This document shows, piece after piece, positions 7,506 through 15,708 of a stretch of 22,785 nucleotides of DNA. How positions within the stretch are numbered: the stretch's first letter is position 1; every line of letters starts with the position of its first letter. Location: assembly GCA_963843145.1 (NCBI GenBank), contig CAWJJC010000001.1, forward strand, positions 1 through 22,785. The letters are read 5' to 3'. This DNA is from an uncultured delta proteobacterium (GTDB taxonomy: Bacteria; Desulfobacterota; RBG-13-43-22). The notes under the pieces are model-generated. The model was not told where the DNA came from. It did no database searches and saw nothing but the letters and a program-made list of their open reading frames with translations. A program made the position numbers and the translations under genes.

Positions 7506-9068
7506 TTATCTTTTTGACCTCTTTCCTCTCCCATAGGGAATCTTTAATTTTCTCATCTTGTTTCGCAAGGTGCTGGGATTGAGACCCAGCAATTGAGCCG
7601 CCCCTTCGTCCCCCTCCACCTTCCCCCCCGTGATCTTCAATACCTGTCGGATGTGGCGGGCCACTAATTCTTCCAGAACCGGGGGCCTTTCACTGCCTTC
7701 TACGACTTCGTTTTCTTTTCCTTCCAAGGGGAGCGGTTTATGGGGAATCGGTTCTATTTCGAACTTAAGTTCATCTCCCCGGCTTAAAATTAGGGAGCGC
7801 TCCACGATATTTTGCAATTCCCGCACGTTTCCCGGCCAATTGTAGGCCATCAGGCTCTCGACGGCTTGCGGCGAAAGGCTGGGCCGCGCTTTTATTCCCA
7901 GTTCCCTGGTTTTGCGTTCAATAAAATGGTGGACTAACTCCGGAATATCTTCCCGCCTTTCCCTGAGCGGGGGCACCAGGATAGGAAAGACATTGAGCCT
8001 GAACCAGAGGTCAGCCCGAAAACCGCCGGATTCCGTCATCTGCCGCAAATCCCGGTTCGTGGCGGCAATGATTCGAACATCGACCTTTACCGGTTCGGTT
8101 CCTCCCACCCTTTCCAGCTCTTTCTCCTGAAGGACCCGCAGCAGTCTCACCTGGGCGTTGGGTGGCAATTCGCCGACTTCATCCAAGAAGAGCGTCCCCT
8201 GCTCGGCCCGTTCAAAGCGTCCCCTTTTTCGGGAAAGGGCGCCGGTAAAAGCCCCTTTCTCGTGCCCGAAGAGCTCACTGTCCAGCAGACTCTCGGGGAT
8301 GGCCCCGCAGTTGATCTTGATAAAAGGGCCGCCATTCCGGAGGGAAAGACGATGGATGGCACTGGCAAGGATCTCCTTTCCAACCCCTGTCTCTCCCAGA
8401 AGAAGAACAGGACTGGAAAGGGGGGCAACCTGTCTGACCAACTCCATAACCTGCCGCAATCCAAAATCGCTCCCGATAATCTCTTCCCCCGATATCTGTC
8501 GCAGCTCCTGGAGCAGGTAGCGGTTGTCATCGGAGAGCATTTCCTTTAACGTCAGCACTTCCCGGTACCGAAGGCTGTTGGACAAAGCGATGCCAAAAGG
8601 CTGGTTTAAGGCGGCCATCAGCCGAACGTCTTCATCCGTATACCTGTCGTTCCCGTCGGCCCGGACGGTGAGGGCGCCTACGCGCTTTCCGCCGATAACC
8701 AGACGCATGACCAATAGTGATGACTGAAGCCTTCCGTGGGCCCTCCCCATATCCCGGGTCACCGGGTCGAGCACGGCTCGGTTAATCCGCTTAATCTCCG
8801 GTCGAACGACCTGACTCAATTCGGCGGACGCTTCCTCGGATAACTTTACCGATCGAGGGGGGCTATGAAATTTCCCCCCTTCCCTGGTAGCGGTCGCAAT
8901 GGTCCCGATGATTTTTTTGTCCAGGTCATAGATATGGTAATTCATTTCATCCACCGGAATGAAATCCTTGAGGTAATCGAAACAGTTCCAGAGGGCTATT
9001 TCCACATCCAGGCTGCTGCTGATCCTTAACGTGACCTCCTTGAAAAACTCCTCTTCCTTTGGAAGCAT
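7506..9068 (-). CDS. GAF-domain sigma54 enhancer-binding activator (FhlA/NifA-like architecture)
   Basis: N-terminal GAF-like domain with no receiver; GETGVGKE, DSELFGHEKGAFTGA, WPGNVRELQN; HTH GAAQLLGLNPSTLRNKMRKL; AGGAG RBS. Confidence 0.93.
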   Translation of the reverse strand: MLPKEEEFFKEVTLRISSSLDVEIALWNCFDYLKDFIPVDEMNYHIYDLDKKIIGTIATATREGGKFHSPPRSVKLSEEASAELSQVVRPEIKRINRAVLDPVTRDMGRAHGRLQSSLLVMRLVIGGKRVGALTVRADGNDRYTDEDVRLMAALNQPFGIALSNSLRYREVLTLKEMLSDDNRYLLQELRQISGEEIIGSDFGLRQVMELVRQVAPLSSPVLLLGETGVGKEILASAIHRLSLRNGGPFIKINCGAIPESLLDSELFGHEKGAFTGALSRKRGRFERAEQGTLFLDEVGELPPNAQVRLLRVLQEKELERVGGTEPVKVDVRIIAATNRDLRQMTESGGFRADLWFRLNVFPILVPPLRERREDIPELVHHFIERKTRELGIKARPSLSPQAVESLMAYNWPGNVRELQNIVERSLILSRGDELKFEIEPIPHKPLPLEGKENEVVEGSERPPVLEELVARHIRQVLKITGGKVEGDEGAAQLLGLNPSTLRNKMRKLKIPYGRGKRSKR

Positions 9069-9090
9069 CCGTCTACTCCTTTATTACATC

Positions 9091-9156
9091 TTTCTTATTA
9101 GACAGTTTATCCTGTAACTGTCGAATAAGACAACTTCAATCTGTCACTATAGACAG
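9091..9156. promoter_or_regulatory. Three TGTC-N6-GACA dyads; candidate UAS of the GAF activator
   Basis: TTTC-TTATTA-GACA (9091-9104), TGTC-GAATAA-GACA (9119-9132), CTGTC-ACTATA-GACAG (9141-9156). Confidence 0.75.
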
Positions 9157-9208
9157 AGTGTTTTCGGAATATATTCATAACTAATTGAAATATATGCAAT
9201 ATAATTTT

Positions 9209-9224
9209 TGGCACGATACTGGCT
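9209..9224 (+). promoter_or_regulatory. Sigma54 promoter
   Basis: TGGCACGATACTGGCT, correct GG-N10-GC spacing; IHF-like TTTCAATTAGTTA on the minus strand about 9178-9190. Confidence 0.8.
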
Positions 9225-9261
9225 TTATAAAATGGCTAAAAGAACAAGCGGTGGTGACGAA

Positions 9262-9546
9262 ATGAAGTGGATGGAGATGATTTGGGTGCGTTCCTCGGAA
9301 GGGTTTCAGAAGGGCTTCTTAAACGAAGCGCTGGGGCGCCTCGGGGAATTGGGCAAGGAAGAAGGTCCGGACGAGGTCAGACTATACTCGCATGCCTTCT
9401 TACGAGGGGATTTCTTAATCCATCTAATCTGGAACAAAGGGTCCCCTCAACATGGAGGAACCCCGGCAAGCTTCGAAATACAGAGCCTATTAAAAGACTT
9501 GGGATTAACCAATCACAGCTTATGGAATGAGGAGGAAATAAAATGA
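9262..9546 (+). CDS. Small hypothetical cytoplasmic protein (94 aa)
   Basis: The start must lie downstream of the sigma54 promoter; GGTGG before ATG 9262; globular alpha/beta-like composition; stop overlaps the next ATG. Confidence 0.7.
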   Translation: MKWMEMIWVRSSEGFQKGFLNEALGRLGELGKEEGPDEVRLYSHAFLRGDFLIHLIWNKGSPQHGGTPASFEIQSLLKDLGLTNHSLWNEEEIK

Positions 9547-10220
9547 GTATGCCCTTTACTATCGACCAATTTTTAGAAATTTTCAGACAATACAACCTGG
9601 CCATCTGGCCCGCGCAGATCCCGGCCTACTTTTTGGGATTTCTGGCCGTCTGGTTCGCCTTTCGGAAGGGGTCCCCATCAAACCGGATTACCAGCGGAAT
9701 CTTGTCCCTTTTCTGGATCTGGAATGGGGCCGCCTACCATCTGGGCTTCTTCAGCCGCATCAATCCGGCCGCCTTCCTGTTCGGCGGCCTGTTCATTCTC
9801 CAGGGATTTCTATTTTTTTACTGCGGAGTGCTTAAGTCATGTTTCTCTTTTGAATTCAGAAAAGACCTATCCTCCTTCGTCGGAGCCTTGGTCATCCTCT
9901 ACGGACTGGTAATTTATAATCTCATCGGTCCCCTGTTTGGACATAGCTATCCCTACTCACCCTTGTTCGGTTTGGCTCCCTGCCCCACCACCATCTTCAC
10001 CTTAGGAATTTTCCTCTGGGCCGACAAAAAATTCCCTCGTTACTTATTAATAATCCCGGGGGTCTGGGCCATTATCGGAACATTTGCGGCCACTTCCTTC
10101 GGTATTCGGGAAGACCTGGGCCTTATCCCGGCTGCTTTCCTAAGTCTGAGCTTCTCCATGCTGGGGAAAAAGAGCGGGACACTATTCACCTCGGATCCAT
10201 CTCTTAGCCGCGCCTTATAG
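9543..10220 (+). CDS. DUF6064-like polytopic membrane protein
   Basis: MPFTIDQFL..YNLAIWPAQ and PLFGLAPCPTTIFTLG motifs recalled for DUF6064; about 7-8 hydrophobic helices; GAGGAGG RBS. Confidence 0.8.
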   Translation: MSMPFTIDQFLEIFRQYNLAIWPAQIPAYFLGFLAVWFAFRKGSPSNRITSGILSLFWIWNGAAYHLGFFSRINPAAFLFGGLFILQGFLFFYCGVLKSCFSFEFRKDLSSFVGALVILYGLVIYNLIGPLFGHSYPYSPLFGLAPCPTTIFTLGIFLWADKKFPRYLLIIPGVWAIIGTFAATSFGIREDLGLIPAAFLSLSFSMLGKKSGTLFTSDPSLSRAL

Positions 10221-10226
10221 GCTGAT

Positions 10227-10287
10227 GAGGAGTGAAGCAATCCCCGACAAGCCTTGCGGTCAGGATTGCTTCACTTCCCCGCAATGA
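10227..10287. repeat. REP-like palindromic element, family A copy 2 (may double as terminator)
   Basis: GGAGTGAAGCAATCC / GGATTGCTTCACTTC stem, then CGCAATGA and a T-rich tract. Confidence 0.75.
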
Positions 10288-10427
10288 TAGTTTTTCCTCT
10301 TTTTTCTATAAACGCATCCTGGGTGAATAAAAGTTTTCGTTTTTGTTTGCTTTAAAATCGTCTATTCTGACCGGACTCCTATTGAGGAATAGCCCGGACT
10401 TGATTCAAGCCCCAGACCCCTTAGATC

Positions 10428-10730
10428 ATGACCTATTCAAAGCAGATTAAACTTCCCATCGACGGCGTCCTGGACCTGCATACCTTTCCTCCTCGGGAAG
10501 TTAAAGCCCTAATTCCCGATTACCTGACGGCCTGTCGTGAAAAGGGCATCTACCAGGTGCGCCTTATTCACGGCAAAGGTACCGGGACCTTGAGGGAAAT
10601 CGTCCACGCCGTTCTTAGAAAACAGCCCGGGGTCGCTTCTTATCGTTTGGCCGGCGAGGAGGGAGGGGGCTGGGGTGCCACGCTGGTGCTCCTCAGGCCC
10701 GTTTCCCCTCCTCCAGCTTCCACCCTATAA
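10428..10730 (+). CDS. Stand-alone Smr/MutS2 C-terminal domain protein
   Basis: LDLHTF, LIHGKGTGTLR, GGWGAT motifs. Confidence 0.9.
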   Translation: MTYSKQIKLPIDGVLDLHTFPPREVKALIPDYLTACREKGIYQVRLIHGKGTGTLREIVHAVLRKQPGVASYRLAGEEGGGWGATLVLLRPVSPPPASTL

Positions 10731-10793
10731 ATTATCCAAAACAAGAGTTGCCTGGGAAAGCCTCGCGAAGCCTAAAATTATTTCTTAGGGTCT

Positions 10794-10823
10794 GTTGACT
10801 TTTATCAACCCAGGCCTTAAAAT
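10794..10823 (+). promoter_or_regulatory. Sigma70 promoter with a dyad over the -35
   Basis: TTGACT (10795-10800)-N17-TAAAAT (10818-10823); GTTGA-CTTTTA-TCAAC at 10794-10809. Confidence 0.7.
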
Positions 10824-10850
10824 CTAAAAACTAAGAAAAGAGCCGAGCCC

Positions 10851-11258
10851 TTGAAATCTAAAATTTTCCAATTTGCGCTGGTTATAACCTTAATTCTCAG
10901 TTTGTTCGGGTTGGGACTGGCGTCACCCTTAGCTCCCTGTAATTGTTTGAAGTCTAAAGCCCGGACAACTGCAGTTCATCCTTACCAGGATACGGGTTGC
11001 TGTACACCGCCGGCCGTACCTTCATCGCCCGCCTGCCCCTGTGAGGACGACTGTAATCCGACTTTCCAATCGCCGGTCAAGGATCTTGTCATATCGCTTA
11101 ACGCCGGCCAATCGGCTTTTTCTTTAGAAATCAACCACTTTTCTTCAATTCTCCGTGGATCCCTGCCGTCTGAACTGTTGGCTTCAAGGTTGGTTTTTCC
11201 GATCCACAGCCCTCCACCTGGCCCTTTGTACCTCAAGACTCTTTCCCTGCGCTGTTAA
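10851..11258 (+). CDS. Cys-rich exported hypothetical protein; possible metal-responsive leader ORF
   Basis: TTG start just after the promoter; hydrophobic N-terminal helix; 8 Cys (CNC, CC, CPCEDDC, terminal C); C-terminal HSPPPGPLYLKTLSLRC. Confidence 0.65.
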   Translation: MKSKIFQFALVITLILSLFGLGLASPLAPCNCLKSKARTTAVHPYQDTGCCTPPAVPSSPACPCEDDCNPTFQSPVKDLVISLNAGQSAFSLEINHFSSILRGSLPSELLASRLVFPIHSPPPGPLYLKTLSLRC

Positions 11259-11460
11259 TCCCTCCATCCCCTCAGCGGATCTCTTAATCCATCTTTAAAG
11301 AAAGTCTTAGGCTATTATTTTGGCCTAGGCCCGGATCCTTCCTATTTCAGGATAGGGCGGATCACCTAAAATTCAACGTTAGCCAATAACTAAGTGTTTC
11401 GATTCGCAAATAGGATAACGCATGTTTTATGAGACTAAACGGCGCAATTGCTCACTCCAT

Positions 11461-11481
11461 TCGGCCCGAGCTCATGGCCGA
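11461..11481. repeat. Short GC-rich palindrome in the intergenic region
   Basis: TCGGCC-CGAGCTCAT-GGCCGA; further stems at about 11308-11327 and 11333-11364. Confidence 0.5.
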
Positions 11482-11561
11482 GGGCAACACTTAGTCCCGA
11501 GTGAATAAATACGTTATCGAATTTATGAATCGAGGGACTCAAAAAAAAAGGAGACCTAAAA

Positions 11562-12041
11562 ATGTTTTCAAGATACTTAAAAAAGATCAATCCCGTATTT
11601 TCCTGCCTGTCAGGCTTAATACTTATTTCGGGTATTCTGGTATTTTCTTATTCACAGGGCCTGGCCCTGGGAAAAACCACCGCCTCCAGTCCGTCCGAAT
11701 TTTCATATCAAGCCTCCCAGTTTGCCGACGGAAAGGCCCGTTTCTTCACTTATTCCGCCCCCGGGGGGAAGACCATCAAATATTTCATTATCAAGAGTTC
11801 CGACGGTGTCATCCGGGCCGCTTTTGACGCCTGCGATGTTTGCTGGCCCTCCGGAAAGGGATACAAGCAGGATGGCGATTTCATGGTCTGCCAGAACTGC
11901 GGACAACGATTTGCCTCCAAATTGGTGAACGAGGTCAAAGGCGGCTGCAACCCGGCGCCTCTGGCGAGGACGATGCAAGGGGACCATCTGGTTATCAAGG
12001 CCAAAGATATACAGGCGGGCCAAAGTTACTTTACTTTTTAA
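11562..12041 (+). CDS. DUF2318-like (FtrD-like, predicted Fe-S/metal-binding) exported protein
   Basis: N-terminal TM/signal; AAFDACDVC, CQNCGQRF, GGCNPAPL; AGGAG RBS. Confidence 0.88.
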   Translation: MFSRYLKKINPVFSCLSGLILISGILVFSYSQGLALGKTTASSPSEFSYQASQFADGKARFFTYSAPGGKTIKYFIIKSSDGVIRAAFDACDVCWPSGKGYKQDGDFMVCQNCGQRFASKLVNEVKGGCNPAPLARTMQGDHLVIKAKDIQAGQSYFTF

Positions 12042-12056
12042 ATCGGGGAACCCCTT

Positions 12057-13214
12057 ATGAAACTTAGAACCATTGCCTATCGCAATTTGATGCGTCGGAA
12101 GGCCAAGGCCCTGTTTATCTTGGTGGGCCTCCTGATCGGGATCGCCTCGGTAGTGGCCTTCATCAGTCTGGTGGAGGCCCTGACCACTGAAATCAACCAT
12201 AAGATGGAAAAATACGGGGCCAATATTCTAATAGTTCCCAAAACCGAAAATCTATCCCTGACCTACGGCGGGATATCCCTGGGCGGCCTCTCTTTTGATA
12301 TGAAGGAAATAAAGCAGGCCGATCTGGAGAAGATCAGGACCATAAAAAATAAAGCCAATGTGGCGGCGATCGGCCCCATGGTTTTGGGTGCTGTGACGGT
12401 CAATAATAAGCAGCTCTTGCTCGGAGGATTGGATTTCAAGGTCCGCCGCTTTCTACGCCCCTGGTGGAAGACCGAAGGGCGTTTCCCTGAACAAGAAGAA
12501 CTTCTGGCCGGCTCGGAAGCCGCCCGCATATTGGGGCTGACCGAAGGGAAAGCGGTCGCCCTCAACGGAAAGAACCTCCGGGTTTCCGGCATTTTGGAAC
12601 CAACCGGTTCCCAGGATGACCAGATGATCTTCGGCCACCTAACCACCGCCCAGGCGATTTTGGGCAAGCAGGGGCGCATCTCCATGGCCGAGGTGGCCGC
12701 TTTGTGCTCCGGTTGCCCCATAGAAGATATGGTGACCCAGATCTCCGGGGTCCTGCCGGGAGCCAAGGTCATGGCCATCAAGCAGGTGGTTCAGAGCCGG
12801 ATGGAGGCCTTGGGGCATTTTCAAAAGCTGGCTTTCATACTGTCCGGGCTGGTGATCCTGGTGGGAGCCTTGGTGGTTTTGGTGACGATGATGGGCAGCG
12901 TTCGGGAGCGGACCAGTGAGATCGGCATCTTCCGGTCCATCGGTTTTCGACGAAGCCACGTGATGCGCATCATTCTGCTGGAGGCCGGGGTGGTTTCTTT
13001 TCTGGCCGGTGCCGTGGGGTACCTGGTCGGCATCGGAGTCACGCAGGCCGCCCTGCCCTTTTTCTCCGACGGCCCCACCCTGTCCGTCGGTTTCAGCCCG
13101 ATCATCGCCGGCGGGGCCGTGGGACTGGCCCTCGTTCTGGGCCTCCTGGCCGGTATCTACCCGGCGCTGATGGCCGCTCGCCTGGATCCGAATGAAGCGC
13201 TGCGCACCCTTTAA
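12057..13214 (+). CDS. MacB/FtsX-family ABC transporter permease
   Basis: TM1, large periplasmic domain with ALCSGCPIE, ERTSEIGIFRSIG, three C-terminal TMs, AARLDPNEALR. Confidence 0.93.
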   Translation: MKLRTIAYRNLMRRKAKALFILVGLLIGIASVVAFISLVEALTTEINHKMEKYGANILIVPKTENLSLTYGGISLGGLSFDMKEIKQADLEKIRTIKNKANVAAIGPMVLGAVTVNNKQLLLGGLDFKVRRFLRPWWKTEGRFPEQEELLAGSEAARILGLTEGKAVALNGKNLRVSGILEPTGSQDDQMIFGHLTTAQAILGKQGRISMAEVAALCSGCPIEDMVTQISGVLPGAKVMAIKQVVQSRMEALGHFQKLAFILSGLVILVGALVVLVTMMGSVRERTSEIGIFRSIGFRRSHVMRIILLEAGVVSFLAGAVGYLVGIGVTQAALPFFSDGPTLSVGFSPIIAGGAVGLALVLGLLAGIYPALMAARLDPNEALRTL

Positions 13215-13231
13215 TCGAAGAGGACCTGGAC

Positions 13232-13987
13232 ATGGACTACGTAAAAATGGAAAATATAGTTAAAACCTATGGCACGGGTGAGGGAAAGGTGGCCGCCCTT
13301 CAGGGAATCAGCCTGTCCATTCGAACCGATGAATTTGTAGCCATCATGGGCGAATCGGGTTCGGGAAAATCAACCCTTCTATCCATCCTGGGCGTTTTGA
13401 ATACCCCTTCCGGCGGGTCCTATCAGGTGAACGGGGTTGAGGTTTATTCCCTGACCAGTGAACAGCAGGCTGACTTTCGGCGGGAAAATTTGGGATTCGT
13501 CTTTCAAAGCTTTCACCTGATCCCCTACCTGTCGGTGGCGGAGAACGTCATGCTGCCGCTGACCACCAAGCGTCTCAAGGAAAAGATCAAGCGGGAAATG
13601 GCTGACGAGGCCCTGTCCCGGGTGGGCCTGGCTTCCAAGGGCCACCGCTTGCCGAACCAGATCTCCGGCGGGGAGCAGGAGCGCGTGGCCATCGCCCGGG
13701 CCGTGGTCAATAAACCGCCGATTCTGCTGGCCGACGAACCCACCGGGAACCTGGACACCCGGACCGGCCTGGAGATCCTCGAGTTACTTCAAGAGCTGAA
13801 TGGGGAGGGTATGACTATCATCATGGTCACCCACAGCCCGGAATGGTCCCGTTACACCCATCGGATCCTGCAGATTTCCGATGGTCGGCTGAAGGGGGAG
13901 GAGACCAACTCCGCCCCGCTCGAGTTATTTCCGGCCGAATTCGGGCTGCCTGTTTTTCCGGCGGGAAGGCTGGCGGCGGCGGGCTGA
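13232..13987 (+). CDS. ABC transporter ATP-binding protein (LolD/MacB-like)
   Basis: [41 protein letters not shown]. Confidence 0.95.
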   Translation: MDYVKMENIVKTYGTGEGKVAALQGISLSIRTDEFVAIMGESGSGKSTLLSILGVLNTPSGGSYQVNGVEVYSLTSEQQADFRRENLGFVFQSFHLIPYLSVAENVMLPLTTKRLKEKIKREMADEALSRVGLASKGHRLPNQISGGEQERVAIARAVVNKPPILLADEPTGNLDTRTGLEILELLQELNGEGMTIIMVTHSPEWSRYTHRILQISDGRLKGEETNSAPLELFPAEFGLPVFPAGRLAAAG

Positions 13988-14086
13988 TTAACATCCCCCA
14001 AGCCGCGGGATCGTTATACTCCCCAACCTGCCGGACCGGTGGACTTTTTACGAGACTGACCAAGGGGATGATTCCCCCCCGGCTGC

Positions 14087-14191
14087 TCATCGCGAGGAGT
14101 GAAGCGACAGAGCAATCCGCAGGAAGCAGATCGTTGCTGATAGCGCCTTTGGGATCCGGAGGCCAATCACCTGCTGCCCGGATTGGCTCCG
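14087..14191. repeat. REP-like palindromic element, family A copy 3 (degenerate/composite)
   Basis: TCATCGCGAGGAGTGAAGCGACAGAGCAATCC at 14087-14118; hairpin CGGAGGCCAATC..GATTGGCTCCG at 14157-14191. Confidence 0.65.
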
Positions 14192-14235
14192 CCGTTCCAG
14201 ATATAAACGGTCTCAAAATAGTTCCAACATCGTAG

Positions 14236-14320
14236 CGTCATCCCCGCAGCGTTTTTGAGCGGGGATCCAGTTTTTTCTCAGGGAACACTGGATCCCCGAT
14301 AAAGCCATTCGGGGATGACG
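14236..14320. repeat. Nested-palindrome (cloverleaf-like) repeat, family B
   Basis: Termini CGTCATCCCCG / CGGGGATGACG; each half self-pairs (ATCCCCGC..GCGGGGAT, ATCCCCGA..TCGGGGAT); central CCAG..CTGG. Confidence 0.85.
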
Positions 14321-14383
14321 AGAAATTAAATGTAAAAATAATCATGAGATAGGTAATACAAAGCTTCCAGAAAATTCCAAAGG

Positions 14384-15367
14384 TTAATTGGTTATGGTAA
14401 TCATCAGCCCGTTGCTGATGGCCCCTTTCGAGTTCCGGATTTTCACGGTCACCGTTCCTGGAATGTTGCCGCTGTTCCAACTTGGGGAGGTGACCGAAGT
14501 CGGGGACCAACTGGCGGCCGTCAGGGGCACACCGCTGATCAGAGCCGCGCCGGGAGTGGTGTTGGGGCCGAACCCCTCACCCGTGACAAGAAATGAAGTG
14601 CTGGTATTTATTCGGACGCTTTCCGGATACACCCCGGTGACCGTGGGCTGCTCCAGAGTGACTGTCGGCGTGCAGTCGGCCGTGTATCCGTAGCGGTTAT
14701 CGACATAGAGCAGATACAACGGGTTACCGGCCGTGTATTCCCCGAGACGGTGGTCGTTGGAAACCGCGTCAAAAGGTGGATCCGAAACCCCTTCAAATTT
14801 CATACTGGGAATGAGGTTTCGGCCCGAATCATAGAAATAGAAATTCTTGCCGGTGCAGGTGCTCGCAATCCGGGCCGTGCTTCCGATACCTGAAGCAAAG
14901 GAGGTCGGGGGACTGGATGGTGGTGGCCTGGATGGTCAGGAAGCCGGAACTGAGTGCCGGGACAGTTCATGGAACACGGGGTTTACCGGCAGGCTCATCA
15001 CCACCGGCGCCTCCCTGGAGATCCAATTCCAGGACTTGACCGGCTCAAAGGATCTGCTCCAGTAGGCCTTGGCGAATTCCAGGTAAAAATCCGCGAACGG
15101 TTTTCCGGTAACGGACTCGATGGCCCCCGCCGGTCCCGTCCAATCGTCCGACATGGTCCAGAAGGTTTCCAGGACCGCCGTAGCTTTTTTGCTTTGCAGG
15201 TAAACGGCCAGGGCCATGGCCGCGTTCATTTCTTCGGTGGCCATGCCGTTCCAGTTGGCGTATCCGTTCCGCAGCCATTCCTCGCCGGACCCGTAGATAT
15301 CGTTGGTATAATAGCCGGTGTGGGACGGGTAAACCTCATACTGGACAGGTGCGGGGGTCAATTCTTT
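14384..15367 (-). pseudogene. 5'-truncated, disrupted remnant of a secreted/surface protein with C-terminal IPT/TIG-like Ig domain
   Basis: ORFs 14936..15457 and 14384..14803 share a frame, split by TGA at 14936-14938; no start or RBS; C-terminus PTVTGVYP..FLVTGEGFG..VTVKIRN..SNGLMITI is IPT/TIG-like. Confidence 0.65.
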
Positions 15368-15413
15368 ATTATTAACACGAACAGCTTCATCGCTTTTTTC
15401 CGTTTTATCTTTA

Positions 15414-15668
15414 TTAATCCTGAGGAAGCTTTGGAAGCTTCTGGAGCGCCTTGGCAAATCTTTCGGGATTAAAGGTTTCCCGTTTTTTCACGACATCAAA
15501 AATTTCTGCCACGACAACGCCCCCAATCAGCTTCTTGGAGTCTTCTACTGAATATCCTTCCGATATCAAACGATCAAATGTCTGACGTGTCTCGGGAGGA
15601 TTTTTTGTCCGAAGCTGCGTTTCGACGACTTCAAAAATTGCTGATTTCAAATAAGGATTTTCTTCCAT
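15414..15668 (-). CDS. Small helical hypothetical protein (84 aa)
   Basis: Clean ORF downstream of barstar with amphipathic helical pattern (AIFEVVETQL..PPETRQTFDRLISEGYS). Confidence 0.75.
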   Translation of the reverse strand: MEENPYLKSAIFEVVETQLRTKNPPETRQTFDRLISEGYSVEDSKKLIGGVVVAEIFDVVKKRETFNPERFAKALQKLPKLPQD

Positions 15669-15708
15669 TATTCATAGCCTTTCTACCGGGATCAGTACCT
15701 CGTTTCTT

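Noticed and set aside
11260-11560. Known riboswitch or Fur box upstream of DUF2318
   Set aside because: No cobalamin, Moco, NiCo or yybP consensus and no GATAATGATAATCATTATC-like box recognised by eye; an Rfam scan would settle it.
13827-14235. Overlapping 129-130 aa ORFs on both strands
   Set aside because: They run through palindromic repeats and the ATPase 3' end; no RBS or protein-like features.
14236-14320. tRNA (85 nt, cloverleaf-capable)
   Set aside because: No TTC T-loop, D-loop or anticodon geometry; symmetry fits a palindromic repeat.
14936-14938. In-frame TGA as possible selenocysteine or readthrough
   Set aside because: No SECIS-like hairpin follows; flanking residues look out of frame and a shifted frame gives more protein-like sequence.
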